Assembly: GCA_963924565.1 (NCBI GenBank)
Contig: OZ004607.1
Coordinates: 37,138,001 to 37,202,000, forward strand
Direction: 5' to 3'
Source of the DNA: Ascidiella aspersa
Taxonomy: Eukaryota
Length of the DNA stretch: 64,000 bases
The position numbers were made by a program, and so were the translations under genes. Each line of letters starts with the position of its first letter. Positions within the stretch are counted from its first letter, which is position 1. The notes below the pieces were generated by a model, which had not been told where the DNA came from, made no database searches, and saw only the letters and a list, made by a program, of their open reading frames with translations. Below, in pieces: positions 63,286 through 64,000 of the stretch.

Positions 63286-64000
63286 AGGCAAATCCAAAAT
63301 TTTGCCTTTTTTATAAAATTTTGATTTTCGGCACAAATTTAATTTTTAATACTACTGCAAATAAATGATAAAATGCAAACTCTGCAGATCTTACTTGCCT
63401 CAGTTATTCCATAAATGTCTAAAAAAACAAGTATTAGGTCACAGCAGATGAATTTCACTTCAAAAATATAGGTTGAACATAACCTAAAATTTCTCATTTT
63501 AACCCGATTTTGCGAATTCCGCAAAAATTCAACTCTATTTCCTCACACCAATACATGTTCAAATGAGCTTAAATTTTGTATACAATGGTTTTAGGTGTCT
63601 ATCTATCAAAATCCATACGAGTCAGGTGGATTTGAAAAAAAAGTGATTTTGCGACCCCCCTACTATATATGCTTCCAACTATTCTGGAAGACAGGCTGTA
63701 TTAACCGCATTGCAAAAATATACTGATTCTAAACAAGCCATTTTTTTAGAATTTCACTAATTCTTTTTTAGACTACATAATAGTGTCGTAACATGTTAAA
63801 ATATGTTGTCACAAACAGGGCAGACTTACATCAAAAAAACATAAATTGCTGCTTTTTCATAAAATTTCGAAATTCTGTACAGAAAAAACCTGACGTGATA
63901 GAGAAAAACTACCGCCATTTTCGGAATCAATGACCTCGAAATAGGGGGAAACTCCTAATAGGGTGCGCGGAGCTTTTAACAAGTCAAAATTTGTAAACCA
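63286..64000. mobile_element. Probable DNA-transposon end (TTAA|AGG start, Kolobok-like), running off the window
   Basis: Starts TTAAAGGCAAATCC and the interior looks MITE-like; the second terminus is not visible, so the classification is tentative. Confidence 0.35.

Noticed and set aside
1-64000. The many 60-150 aa ORFs in the supplied track
   Set aside because: The DNA is intron-rich and eukaryotic. Only those overlapping Groucho exons, the THAP exon and the two frames at 5420-5636 show meaningful motifs; the rest look like random or repeat-derived translations, many with GTG/TTG starts.

Overview
AT-rich animal genomic DNA with large introns, not prokaryotic. It looks like an invertebrate chordate or tunicate, but that taxonomy is only my inference. 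Most of the window is the 5' half of a Groucho/TLE co-repressor gene on the minus strand. I reconstructed eight GT-AG coding exons by hand (53711 down to 16540; 21/95/64/45/63/75/382/29 nt). They give a continuous 258-aa frame covering the Q domain and GP domain, with the intron phases I recall for vertebrate TLE genes. I could not recognise any canonical CcN/SP/WD40 exon in the remaining 16.5 kb. There is instead a candidate terminal exon at 5420-5515 that would make a short AES/Grg5-like product, and the 29-nt micro-exon would choose which of two NLS-like tails it carries. Head-to-head with this gene, on the plus strand, is the start of a THAP zinc-finger gene (THAP12/PRKRIR-like domain) behind an NRF1 + double-CCAAT promoter. 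The introns alternate between CpG-rich putative regulatory islands and AT-rich DNA filled with hAT-type MITEs, seven of which still have 8-bp TSDs. They also hold two Penelope-like retroelement fragments carrying a minimal hammerhead-ribozyme motif, a foldback repeat and local tandem duplications. Almost all ORFs in the supplied track are spurious.
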